A DNA stretch of 25,746 nucleotides from a virus (lineage: Duplodnaviria > Caudoviricetes): positions 1-25,746 of IMG/VR virus record IMGVR_UViG_3300042300_000117; one strand, 5' to 3'. Position 1 is the first letter of the stretch, and each line of letters opens with the position of its first letter. Positions 1 to 8,843 of this stretch are shown one piece after another. The translations under genes were made by a program, and so were the position numbers. The notes below the pieces were generated by a model that searched no databases, was not told where the DNA came from, and was given only the letters and a program-made list of their open reading frames with translations.

Positions 1-59
1 ATTAGTTTGTCGATTAACTTGCCGCCAATGCCTAGCAGCGCGTCCAGTCCAAATGGCAT
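1..59 (-). CDS. Holin, 3TM gene-transfer-release type (partial; only the N-terminus is in the window)
   Basis: Not in the ORF track. ATG at 59 with GGAGG SD upstream; translates MPFGLDALLGIGGKLIDKL, which resembles the typical N-terminus of phage 3TM holins (xxLL.IGGKLIDKLIPDP). Runs off the left edge. Confidence 0.65.
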   Translation of the reverse strand, partial: MPFGLDALLGIGGKLIDKL

Positions 60-60
60 C

Positions 61-678
61 TTAGCCTCCTTGTTGAATCATCCAGCGCATAAAAAAAACA
101 AAACCAACGCACAAACAAAAAATCACAATGCCAGCCAAAACCATTTGCACCATTTCAACTCGCTTGGCAATGGCACGACGCTTCTTCATCGCAGCGGCTT
201 TCTCTTGCAGCCGCTTCTCTGTTTCGGCACGGCGTTTGGCCTCTGCCTTGGCCTCTCTATCAGAGCGCAGCTTACCCATCCGCTGCCAGAACTCATCCCA
301 CATTCCTGCTTCTTTGAAGTGGTAGATGAATATATGCTTGATGTCATCGTAGTATTGCTTGATCTGCCGGTCGATTGCCATTAACTCCATGACATATTCG
401 GCATCGGACATATGATCTGCTACGCTTTCACCGCGCTCTGCCGCTTCTTCCTGTGCTGCCTTTGCTTCTTCTAATTGCGCTCTGTTTGTTTCGTACTTCC
501 CTGCCGCTGAGAAAAACTTTTTCACCGGAGAAAGTGATTCGGCTAAGTTTCTCCCTGACTCAACACATTCATTGATGCTATCGAATGCTTCCTTGGCTTC
601 GTCAGCAGCGGCTTTAATGCCGTTGACCACTAACTTTACGCCTTGTATTGCCAGCCCAATAGTTACAGGGTCAATCAT
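61..678 (-). CDS. Hypothetical membrane-anchored coiled-coil protein next to the lysis genes
   Basis: 205 aa; MIDPVTIG N-terminus, long charged helical region and a C-terminal hydrophobic helix (MVLAGIVIFCLCVGFVFFM); AAGGA SD. Confidence 0.7.
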   Translation of the reverse strand: MIDPVTIGLAIQGVKLVVNGIKAAADEAKEAFDSINECVESGRNLAESLSPVKKFFSAAGKYETNRAQLEEAKAAQEEAAERGESVADHMSDAEYVMELMAIDRQIKQYYDDIKHIFIYHFKEAGMWDEFWQRMGKLRSDREAKAEAKRRAETEKRLQEKAAAMKKRRAIAKRVEMVQMVLAGIVIFCLCVGFVFFMRWMIQQGG

Positions 679-702
679 TTCCTTCTTCCTATTAAACTAT
701 AC

Positions 703-1056
703 TTACAGCCCCTCTCCCGGCGTAATGTAAACCTCTGGTGTACCTGATTCAGCGATAAAAGTGCAGTACACATTTGAAAATTGGCTGACTTGTGGCCCTG
801 TAAATACAGTAACGCTATCAGGAGGAATAACCATTGCATACTGCGGAGTGCCGTTTCCCGGAAGTGCCACATTAGCCGTTGCGCTTGTCGAGATACGAAC
901 ATAAACAGGTTGACCACCAACACCTGTCGCTTCATGGCTAACAATCATGTATTGATTAACGGGGCTATCAGCAGTAATCTGAAATTGCTGAACTGACGTA
1001 GTGGCATTTGCTTTATACGTCTTTCCCATCGGTTGAAAGGCAATATTATTAGCCAT
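703..1056 (-). CDS. Putative small beta-rich virion protein, paralog of 11905..12234
   Basis: 117 aa; shares AF..G.T, NQY.I and the terminal SG...VYI.PG.GL with the 109 aa protein; TAATG overlap with the upstream gene. Confidence 0.7.
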   Translation of the reverse strand: MANNIAFQPMGKTYKANATTSVQQFQITADSPVNQYMIVSHEATGVGGQPVYVRISTSATANVALPGNGTPQYAMVIPPDSVTVFTGPQVSQFSNVYCTFIAESGTPEVYITPGEGL

Positions 1057-1292
1057 TAAACAATATCCTTTCCTCCGGCATTACCGGGCTTGGATGTGGG
1101 CGACTTCTTCTGGTCAGGTGATCCGGAGAAGCATTGCATGCTCATAAAGCCCATAGGATTTGTGCGAGTGGGCTTGCCACGACCATAAGTGTCAGCAACG
1201 GATGCGCAACGATAAGCCTCGCCTGCGCTGCCTTTGTGATTGTTGTTGTTCATCATCACGGTTGTGCTGCTCTTGCTGATGTTAATTTTCAT
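1056..1292 (-). CDS. Small basic hypothetical protein
   Basis: 78 aa, rich in K/S/G/M; overlaps both neighbours; AAGGA SD upstream. Confidence 0.65.
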   Translation of the reverse strand: MKINISKSSTTVMMNNNNHKGSAGEAYRCASVADTYGRGKPTRTNPMGFMSMQCFSGSPDQKKSPTSKPGNAGGKDIV

Positions 1293-1497
1293 GTGATTTC
1301 CTTTCCACGATCATGCACGGTAAATAAATAAAAATAGCAAAGAATGCAGCCATTGCCATTCTTTCCCATGTTGGCATAATCATCGTCCAGCAAGCCAACA
1401 CAAAGCTAAAAAGCAATGCAACAAATGTCAGTACCTTATGTGACAACACATCCATTGCAATGTTAATAATTCTTAACGCAGCCCCGTCCACCATCAC
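1282..1497 (-). CDS. Small two-TM membrane protein
   Basis: 71 aa with two hydrophobic helices (VLTFVALLFSFVLACWTMI; MAMAAFFAIFIYLPCMIV); GTGA-type overlap with the upstream stop. Confidence 0.65.
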   Translation of the reverse strand: MMVDGAALRIINIAMDVLSHKVLTFVALLFSFVLACWTMIMPTWERMAMAAFFAIFIYLPCMIVERKSHEN

Positions 1498-1703
1498 TCA
1501 TCTCCTTCATCGTCAGGATTAAAAAACCCTTTGCCCCATTCGTCATCACTAATCTTTTGCTTGATTTGTTCTAGCTTTAAAACCCGGTCAAGCACCTTGG
1601 TCTTGTCCGTTAGTGATGCCGTTGAATCATTCATCGTTTGCTTTAGCAGGTCATAAATAGCTTGCTCAAGCTCTGGATTAAGCCCCTTTTGTCTTTTGCT
1701 CAT
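1494..1703 (-). CDS. Hypothetical protein
   Basis: 69 aa helical protein with an acidic tail; GGAG SD and ATGA overlap. Confidence 0.7.
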   Translation of the reverse strand: MSKRQKGLNPELEQAIYDLLKQTMNDSTASLTDKTKVLDRVLKLEQIKQKISDDEWGKGFFNPDDEGDE

Positions 1704-1873
1704 CTCTCCATTTTCCTGTTGTCACGCTTCTGACGCATCATAGTCATGCGGTTTCCAATCAACATACTGGAGCCGCGCTTGTCTGCTTGTTGCTTCGCAG
1801 TTTCTTTCATCTTTCGCAATTCCTCTACACCGGAATTCATTTTATCCATGTCGCTGCCGTTGTCGTAGTTCAT
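1700..1873 (-). CDS. Small basic Met-rich hypothetical protein (57 aa, absent from the ORF track)
   Basis: Translated by hand: MNYDNGSDMDKMNSGVEELRKMKETAKQQADKRGSSMLIGNRMTMMRQKRDNRKMER. ATGA overlaps at both ends fill the gap exactly. Confidence 0.7.
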   Translation of the reverse strand: MNYDNGSDMDKMNSGVEELRKMKETAKQQADKRGSSMLIGNRMTMMRQKRDNRKMER

Positions 1874-2061
1874 CGCTTGCTCCCCCGTTTCATGCGAGAT
1901 TTACCCGCTTTTGAATAAGCAATAGCCACCGCTTGTTTGACCGCCTTGCGAGTGTTGGCAGGGCGGCTAGTGCCAATCTTGCCTGATTCTTTGAAGCCAC
2001 GCACCATTTCACTAATATTCTTGCTCATGGTCTTCTGGCTCTTACCTTTACTGAGGGGCAT
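1870..2061 (-). CDS. Small basic phage protein (MPL.KGKS...KQAVAIA.S.A type, DUF6496-like)
   Basis: 63 aa, very K/R-rich; the MPLSKGKSQKTMSKNISE and KQAVAIAYSKAG motifs recur in phage late regions. Confidence 0.7.
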   Translation of the reverse strand: MPLSKGKSQKTMSKNISEMVRGFKESGKIGTSRPANTRKAVKQAVAIAYSKAGKSRMKRGSKR

Positions 2062-4408
2062 TTTGAGTCCTTTCTGGCGTTTCTGCGCCTAACTGTGTAC
2101 CCACCGTTTGCCTTATCATTCTGGCAAGAACACCCTGCCGTTTGTCTGGTGGAGACTTCAAAACTTCTTTGAGCTTAACCGGGTCAGTCACGATGTCGCT
2201 GACAGCCGCACGGATATTGGCAGTGTATTGACGATAGCGGTCAATGGCAAATGCACCACCCATTGCACCAGCCGCAGCCGTTGTGCCGCCAACCTCTACC
2301 GGCAATCCAAATCTAGCAGACAGCGCAGCCAAGCCAGCCGTGTATAAGCCAGCAATAGCGCCGCCCTTCTTAACTTGTGACATCTCATTGTTGATTAAGC
2401 GAGTCAACTCTTGCGCTGATGATTCCGTGCCGGGAGTGCGTCCAATGTTTTGAGATGCACGACTAATCGCTGTTTGTATGCTGACAACATCGGCAATCGC
2501 ATCGTCAACGAACCGAAGCTCATCTGGCGTGTACAGGCCGCTTGCTTGCATGGACGGCTTAATACGGTCACGATAGCTACGCTCAATACTTCCCGGCGGC
2601 AAGGTGCCAATCAAGTCACGGACGCTGGATTTAAATGCGGCAGCACCTTCCGGCGTTCTACCAAGCACTTTGGCGGCAGAAGCCACATCACGGGATGAGC
2701 CAGTACCCATCATCAGGTTTTTAAAGTTTTCTGCTTGCTGAGTCTGTGTGCCGCCCATCTCAAACATCTTGGCACGTTGCTCAGTCAACTTCTCCGTCTG
2801 CTTAGTAACGCGAGTGGTTTGTTCTTGTTTCCTAGCAAAGTCAGCAAAGTCTTTTTTTAGCTGCGGGAAGCGCGATAGCCATTCGCTATTGGTTCTCAGC
2901 CAGCTATTGATTTGCGCTGGCGTTTTATTTGCCAACTCTGTGCTGGCATAGTTACGCGCCAGCACCTCAACTCTGGTTTTGTCTCCACCCGCCAAAGCAA
3001 TCAAGTTGTCGATATTTTCTGGCTTACTAAATATTTTCCCCGGCAAAGTTGATGCAAGAGTTGCAAGCTCTCCGCGCACAGCAGTGCTTGGGGCAGTCAA
3101 AGCTCGGCCTACCTCAGATTCAAACTGATTGATAGGCTCACTCATTGCTTTGTAATCTGCAATGTATTTGTCGAACTTTTTGCCGGTAAACTCCGACATG
3201 ACGCTCTCAACCATTTCCTTTAGCTTCTTGGCATCTTTCTGACCAATAGCGTCATAACCTGTCTCTGGCAATCCAGAAGCGCGATCACCCAGTTGGCGAC
3301 GAAGACGCTCTAATCTTTCAAAACCCACCTTTGTTTTCTTTGTCTCACCAGTCAGCGGGTCAAAGCTCACGCCGGTTAGTTCACGACGCACCTTGTCAAA
3401 TTGCGCTTTTGTATCGCTAGTAAGCAATTCGCGCTTGGTTTGTGGGTCACGCGCAAACGCCTTGAGTTGCACCTCGGCATTCTTAAATGCCTGAGTATTC
3501 TCAACGCCTTGACCTGCCAACTCTTTGGTACGAGCCTCGTTTAGCATTGCCTCTTTATTGACATTCGTTGCAGTCTCACGATCAGCCTTTAGCTTTTCTA
3601 AGCGAGACATTGCAAGGCTACGCAAATCGCCGCCAACTTGCTCCATTGTGCGAGGCTGGCTAATAGCGGCTAACCGTTGTTCAGTGCCAGTTTGCAGTTG
3701 ACGCGACAACTGTTCACCACGCTGCCTACCAGCAACCGATTCAATGTTTAGCAGTCTTGCAACTTCAGTCGCATCTAGTGGCTGATCGTATGGTTTGCCA
3801 CGCAGACGTTCTTGCGCTTGACGTACTAATGCCAGCTTGGATTCAACGGTTTGTGGCAATGCAGCGACTTGTTCCGGTGTCATTTGACGAACAACACGTT
3901 CCGCAGCGCGTTCAGTACCACCGGGCGTGATAGGGCGAAACCCTCTTGCAGCAGAACGAAGACTAGAAGCCAAACCCTCAGTAGCTAAACCTGCGCCAGT
4001 TTCGACTAAGAATCTAGGAAAGGCTCCGGTATTTTCAGGCAGCATATTACTAGCGCCTTGCGCCGCAGAGCCACCCAAAAAGGCCAATGCACCTTGCCGA
4101 GTAAGTTCGCCACCAGTGCGGGGAATAAACATTTCTGCCGCACGGGACGCGTAAGGCGCAACCCTAGAGCCGCGAGATGCAAGTTGAGCCGCTTTGGACA
4201 CGCCACCAAGCACGGGAATGGCACCCATAGCTTGCAAACCAGATTCAATTATTGATGGAGACTCAACCCTACCAAATCGTTCTGCCGCACTACGAGCAGC
4301 CGCAGATTCTTCAGGCGAAGGGCCGGGTATTTGCTCAACCAGACTACCGCCAAAGCGATCAGTCTGGCCTTCATCTACACTTTCACCACCAAAACGGTCT
4401 TTAGCCAT
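2048..4408 (-). CDS. Large internal virion (ejection / DNA transfer) protein
   Basis: 786 aa, helical, with Gly/Ala-rich hydrophobic segments near both ends and no Cys; last of four large genes after the tail module, as in T7/P22-type podoviruses; GAGG SD. Confidence 0.6.
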   Translation of the reverse strand: MAKDRFGGESVDEGQTDRFGGSLVEQIPGPSPEESAAARSAAERFGRVESPSIIESGLQAMGAIPVLGGVSKAAQLASRGSRVAPYASRAAEMFIPRTGGELTRQGALAFLGGSAAQGASNMLPENTGAFPRFLVETGAGLATEGLASSLRSAARGFRPITPGGTERAAERVVRQMTPEQVAALPQTVESKLALVRQAQERLRGKPYDQPLDATEVARLLNIESVAGRQRGEQLSRQLQTGTEQRLAAISQPRTMEQVGGDLRSLAMSRLEKLKADRETATNVNKEAMLNEARTKELAGQGVENTQAFKNAEVQLKAFARDPQTKRELLTSDTKAQFDKVRRELTGVSFDPLTGETKKTKVGFERLERLRRQLGDRASGLPETGYDAIGQKDAKKLKEMVESVMSEFTGKKFDKYIADYKAMSEPINQFESEVGRALTAPSTAVRGELATLASTLPGKIFSKPENIDNLIALAGGDKTRVEVLARNYASTELANKTPAQINSWLRTNSEWLSRFPQLKKDFADFARKQEQTTRVTKQTEKLTEQRAKMFEMGGTQTQQAENFKNLMMGTGSSRDVASAAKVLGRTPEGAAAFKSSVRDLIGTLPPGSIERSYRDRIKPSMQASGLYTPDELRFVDDAIADVVSIQTAISRASQNIGRTPGTESSAQELTRLINNEMSQVKKGGAIAGLYTAGLAALSARFGLPVEVGGTTAAAGAMGGAFAIDRYRQYTANIRAAVSDIVTDPVKLKEVLKSPPDKRQGVLARMIRQTVGTQLGAETPERTQNAPQ

Positions 4409-4410
4409 AG

Positions 4411-5832
4411 TTACCTCGCTGCGGGTTTTCTACCGCGCTTACCAGTTTGAGTATCAATATATTCAGCATTGGGCGGCAAAGCATCGTACTCCGCCTTAGT
4501 GCTAATTTTTTTGGGTTGTGCAGCAGGTGCGGGCGTTTGATCTTGAGGCGCTTCATCTTCAGGCAAATCAAGGTAAGCACTTATTGTTTCATCGCTGACA
4601 CCACGCGCACTTGCTTTGCGGCGCTCTCTTGCAATTCCATCATTAACAATTTTTTGTTGATTCTTAAAATACATATCAGCAACTTCTGGTGACGTTGCTG
4701 GAGTAATCGTAAATTTTAAAAAACTTGCTTGTTCATTATTTGTCAGTGTTGCACCAAACAATTTGTTTCTAACAACAGCAAGAAATGCGTCATAGTCTTT
4801 CCACCAAGCCACAGTTTCTCTCGTTACTTTTGGCGCTTTAGAACCTAACGAGGCCATAATGTCCCCTGTTGGCAATCCTTTTTCAACACCGCTAATAATT
4901 AAATTGGCAACCTCTGCATTAGGTGCAATACCAAAATATTGCGGCTTTCTTGTGGAATTAGCGCGATTCAATGCAATCCCTGCTTCCGCAGCGTTATCCA
5001 TTTTTTTCTCAAGCGCCGCAGGTATTTGCTCAATCTTGCGCTTACCTGTGCCGCTTCCACCGCCACCCATCTTTCCGCCGCTTGGAGTCATCTTCAAGGC
5101 TTTCTTTTCCTCAAAGATTGTTCGTTGCTTCTCAAGTTCTATGTCAGCTTTATCGGAAGATTCAATCGCCTTATTAAATAAATCATAGGCTTTTTGATAA
5201 TTTCCCTTGCGAAGCTGTGCGGAAATTAAACCATTGCCAGTTTGACTTTCAATTAACTTGGCTTCAACCATTGCTGCATTGCGATCTTTAGACAATAAAT
5301 TCAACATGCGTTCAAAACGATCTTTGAGCATTTGATTATGGTCTTTTCGAGCGCGGTCAGCCTCATCAAACTTGAGCTTGGCAGAAGCAAACCGTTCTCT
5401 TTGTCCACGGTCTTCAGCATCCTGCATTTCACGGATTGCCATTAACTGTGATTTGCCTGATGCGCCACCAATCCCGCCAATAACTAAAGCAGACAACAAA
5501 CGCATACCGGCGCTCTTTGCATAATCTGACGCTTTAATTTCGGGCGCTGCAAATTCCTCATAGGGCTTGATGCCAGCTTCCATTTCAGTAGTGGCTTGAC
5601 GCGACTGCGTTGCCAAAGCGCCCTCTGCTTCGGCTTCTTTTTTGATTTGCCCTTGTTGAATGCCGAATTGAGTTCTTGCCGCATCTTCTTCGGCTTTAGC
5701 TGCTTCCTTAAAGGCTTCCGGTAGCTTTGTGCGGGAATAGTCAGCGCGTTCTTTTAATCCAGACTTCTCGCTAAGTCCTCGAATCAAAGATGGCGAAGTG
5801 CCTAGCGCATCATTCAATACTTGAGTTGCCAT
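4411..5832 (-). CDS. Internal virion (ejection) protein
   Basis: 473 aa, coiled-coil, with a short Gly-rich hydrophobic segment (LLSALVIGGIGGASG) and C-terminal AEYDALPPNAEYID..TGK motif; AGGAG SD; position in the ejection cluster. Confidence 0.6.
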   Translation of the reverse strand: MATQVLNDALGTSPSLIRGLSEKSGLKERADYSRTKLPEAFKEAAKAEEDAARTQFGIQQGQIKKEAEAEGALATQSRQATTEMEAGIKPYEEFAAPEIKASDYAKSAGMRLLSALVIGGIGGASGKSQLMAIREMQDAEDRGQRERFASAKLKFDEADRARKDHNQMLKDRFERMLNLLSKDRNAAMVEAKLIESQTGNGLISAQLRKGNYQKAYDLFNKAIESSDKADIELEKQRTIFEEKKALKMTPSGGKMGGGGSGTGKRKIEQIPAALEKKMDNAAEAGIALNRANSTRKPQYFGIAPNAEVANLIISGVEKGLPTGDIMASLGSKAPKVTRETVAWWKDYDAFLAVVRNKLFGATLTNNEQASFLKFTITPATSPEVADMYFKNQQKIVNDGIARERRKASARGVSDETISAYLDLPEDEAPQDQTPAPAAQPKKISTKAEYDALPPNAEYIDTQTGKRGRKPAAR

Positions 5833-5840
5833 AATGACTC

Positions 5841-7115
5841 CTATGATTGCTGAGTAGTCGTAGTAGTAGCGGGCGCGTTTGTGCGCTGCGCTTGCTGTAC
5901 CTCACGACCAACAATGCCCGCAAACAACTGGCCTAACTGCTGATCACGCTGCAATTCCATTTCTAGTGCGCGACGATCATACTGGTCAGCAATGTTGGCA
6001 AGACGTAACGCCTCTTGGAATCCTTCTTGACGAGCCAGACTGCGCGCACGGCGCTGCTGTGCTGCAAGAACGCCGGATGCTGCACTACCTGTTTGCAATC
6101 CGCGCTCACCTAAACCCTGACGCGCACGGGCTTGAGCGATCTCAAGGTCTTGCTCTTGCTCTGGAGTCAAACCAGCGCCAGTTGCACGGCCCATTGCCTC
6201 TGCTTGTGCAGCGCGGAATGGTTCAGCAGCACGACGGGTTTCCTCAATGTCACGCTTCATGGCGCGATTAGCGCGATTGAATAACAATGCTTGCGCCAAT
6301 ATGCCAGCGCCAGCCGTACCAGCACGGGTAAGGCGAGGATATTGATTCAATACATCTTCAAGTTCTTTTAATCCCCCTTCTGCTTGGTCAGCAAAGCCGC
6401 CATCACCCCCTCCGCGTCCAACATCAACATCCATTCTGTTTAAGGTAAAGTCCTCCAATGGACTAAGCTCTCCAAGCGATCTGTTTCCGTAAGGTGCAGT
6501 AAAGGGTTGATTGTTAAAATAAGTGTCTGCTGAACGGTTAAAAAGCGCTTGAGAATAAGGGTCTTCAGAAGTAAATCTATTGCCCGTTGCCGCATCATAG
6601 ACACGGGGTATTGGAGATGATTGCATTAAATCATCTGGTCTATTTAAGGAGCCAGTGCGCGCTCCCGTCAACCTTTCATAAACACTTCGCCGCGTTTCTG
6701 GAATAGAAGGGTCTTGTTGAAAATTTCGATCTAATGGGAAATCTCTAATTGTTTGGACTTCTTGGCGAGCTTGGCGAGGTTGACTGTAATCCTGCTTAAA
6801 AATATCTTTCTTAGGGTCAAAATCTTGGTATGTATCAACTGGCGGCGGATTTCTCAAGCGATCAAACCTTAGCTCAGTAACAAAATCGCCTATATCTAAC
6901 GGCTCAAAATTGTCATAGTCGCTATAAAACTCTGGCAAGCCAGTATCAGGATTCGATGTACCTGCACCACCCAAGTCAGCTAGCAACTCAGCTTCTTCTG
7001 GCGTAATGTGAGCTAACATCGTATCGCCATTGCGACCCATGCGACGCAGCATCTCAGCCATCTCTTTAGCGCCGCCCATGCCAGTACCACCCGCCATCAT
7101 TTGAATAGTCTTCAT
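5841..7115 (-). CDS. Internal virion (ejection) protein
   Basis: 424 aa; N-terminal GRNGDTMLAHITPEEAELL...GGAGT.NPDTGLPEF motif that I recognise from uncultured podophage internal proteins; Q/A/R-rich coiled-coil C-terminus. Confidence 0.6.
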   Translation of the reverse strand: MKTIQMMAGGTGMGGAKEMAEMLRRMGRNGDTMLAHITPEEAELLADLGGAGTSNPDTGLPEFYSDYDNFEPLDIGDFVTELRFDRLRNPPPVDTYQDFDPKKDIFKQDYSQPRQARQEVQTIRDFPLDRNFQQDPSIPETRRSVYERLTGARTGSLNRPDDLMQSSPIPRVYDAATGNRFTSEDPYSQALFNRSADTYFNNQPFTAPYGNRSLGELSPLEDFTLNRMDVDVGRGGGDGGFADQAEGGLKELEDVLNQYPRLTRAGTAGAGILAQALLFNRANRAMKRDIEETRRAAEPFRAAQAEAMGRATGAGLTPEQEQDLEIAQARARQGLGERGLQTGSAASGVLAAQQRRARSLARQEGFQEALRLANIADQYDRRALEMELQRDQQLGQLFAGIVGREVQQAQRTNAPATTTTTQQS

Positions 7116-8843
7116 TTAGATTCCCAATGCCTTTCTAAGACGTAAAGAACGGGTGTTCCACGCCTCACTTTGTACGCCTTCATCGCCACCAAAAATGGGT
7201 TCTTTATTACCAACAATCGCTGCCGTTGGGCTTGAGCCAACAGCCCGTGCGCTAATAGAACTTTGATACGGCGTACCACGACGGCTACCACCTGCGGTTC
7301 TTGCATCCAATGGTCGGAACTCACCAGTATCATCAGGAGGAACTAATGGCGTTTCTTCAACGTCAAAGTCCATTGAGTCTTCCAACAATGCCAACAGTTC
7401 TTCATCTGTCATTGCCTCAAGATCAGCCGGTTGTTCTGCCAATCCCTCTCCACCGCCGCCACCTTCACCAGCACCTTCACCACCTTCTCTTGGTGCGCCG
7501 CCTTCCTCGCCAGCCATCGCATCACCAAGCAGTTCGTTGCCAGTCATATCCTCAACGGGGCGAGTACCACCTGCCATCTCGCGCTCACCATCGCCAACCA
7601 TTTCACCTTCACCTCTGCCACCCGCCGCAGTGCCACCTGTTTCTGGGCCAGTAGGGAGTGTTGGTGCGGTAGATTCTCCACCTGCGGGTGCGGTAGATTC
7701 TCTGCCGCCGGTCGCTGCTTTTGCAATATCAGTTACTCGACCTGTACGAACGTCAGGGCTAGGCGCTGTTGTGCCAGCAGGTTTTGTTGCAGCCGGTGCT
7801 GCTTCTCCACCGGGGCGAGTTTTAGAAACGCTAACTTCTAAACCGCCTGTCGATCCAGTCTGACCAGCAGAAACAAACTCATAATCAACCGTATCCGTTT
7901 GCGGATCATAAACAATGGTGTAACCTGTTTTTTCACCACTTGGCAATGTTGAGGTTACATCCTTGCGATAAGTAACAATGCCATCACGGTCTGTGTACTT
8001 AATAACAATATCGCCTTCCTCACCGGGGCGAGTAGCAAACTCAGGACGAGTGGCAATAGAAGTTGGCGCGGCAATTCCTGTTTCGCCCATCCCCGCCATT
8101 TGCTCGCCAACTTGAGAGCCAAAAGGAGCCGGGGCAGGTTTTGTTGCTGCCGTTTTTGTTGGCGTAGTTATATCGTCAAGCGCTCTTTGACCTTCACCAA
8201 TAAGCGTACCAACGCCAGCACCTATAAGTTCACCGGCTATATCACCTGTTACAGCGCCACGCCCTAATGCCTCACCAACGTCTGCGGTATAGCCAGCAGC
8301 TTTGCCAGTTTGATCTGCGCCTAAACCAGCAGCGCCAGAACGTGCCAACGATGCGCCAGCAGAACCAGCAGCACCTAACAATGCTGCCTCACCAACATCA
8401 GCACCGACCGCCGCAGCACCCGCAGCAGAACCAACAGCGCCACCCACGGCATTTGCCAAAGCAACTTGTGCCGCTGAGCCTGTACCAATCGCGCTACCTG
8501 TTGCAGCAGCCACGGGGCGAGCAATAGTTGGGGCAATGTAAGCGCCTAATGCTGCCTTACCAATGTCTTCAAGATCACCGCCTTGAGATGCGCTAATAAC
8601 AGCCGCAGTAATTGGTTGTGTTACCAATGAAATTGTTGCCGCAGAAGCGCCTACGGCAGCGCCAGCAGCAGCTATGGCATAGGGCGCGGCAATCGCTATA
8701 ACAATAATCTCGGGGTTTTCGGCAACGTATTTGACGGTATCAACAATAACCTCACCGACCTTCTCAACGGCATCGCCAACTGCCTCAACCACATTGCCAA
8801 TGGCATCGCCAACATCTTCAACAAACTCGACAACAGCGCTCAT
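7116..8843 (-). CDS. Internal virion (ejection / pilot) protein with amphipathic N-terminus and Gly/Ala-rich hydrophobic domain
   Basis: 575 aa; VGDAIGNVVEA/VGDAVEKVGEV repeats, about 170 aa of Ala/Gly hydrophobic helices, then a disordered acidic G/E/T/P-rich half; first gene of the ejection cluster; GGAGG SD, ATGA overlap. Confidence 0.6.
   Translation of the reverse strand: MSAVVEFVEDVGDAIGNVVEAVGDAVEKVGEVIVDTVKYVAENPEIIVIAIAAPYAIAAAGAAVGASAATISLVTQPITAAVISASQGGDLEDIGKAALGAYIAPTIARPVAAATGSAIGTGSAAQVALANAVGGAVGSAAGAAAVGADVGEAALLGAAGSAGASLARSGAAGLGADQTGKAAGYTADVGEALGRGAVTGDIAGELIGAGVGTLIGEGQRALDDITTPTKTAATKPAPAPFGSQVGEQMAGMGETGIAAPTSIATRPEFATRPGEEGDIVIKYTDRDGIVTYRKDVTSTLPSGEKTGYTIVYDPQTDTVDYEFVSAGQTGSTGGLEVSVSKTRPGGEAAPAATKPAGTTAPSPDVRTGRVTDIAKAATGGRESTAPAGGESTAPTLPTGPETGGTAAGGRGEGEMVGDGEREMAGGTRPVEDMTGNELLGDAMAGEEGGAPREGGEGAGEGGGGGEGLAEQPADLEAMTDEELLALLEDSMDFDVEETPLVPPDDTGEFRPLDARTAGGSRRGTPYQSSISARAVGSSPTAAIVGNKEPIFGGDEGVQSEAWNTRSLRLRKALGI
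7663..7702. repeat. 16-bp direct repeat with 24-bp period inside a CDS
   Basis: GGTGCGGTAGATTCTC at 7663-7678 and 7687-7702; encodes ESTAP twice (ESTAPAGGESTAPT). Confidence 0.85.

Noticed and set aside
91-122. A-rich tract as terminator or slippage site
   Set aside because: It is explained by Phe/Val/Cys codons of the transmembrane helix of the 61..678 gene, and no stem precedes it.
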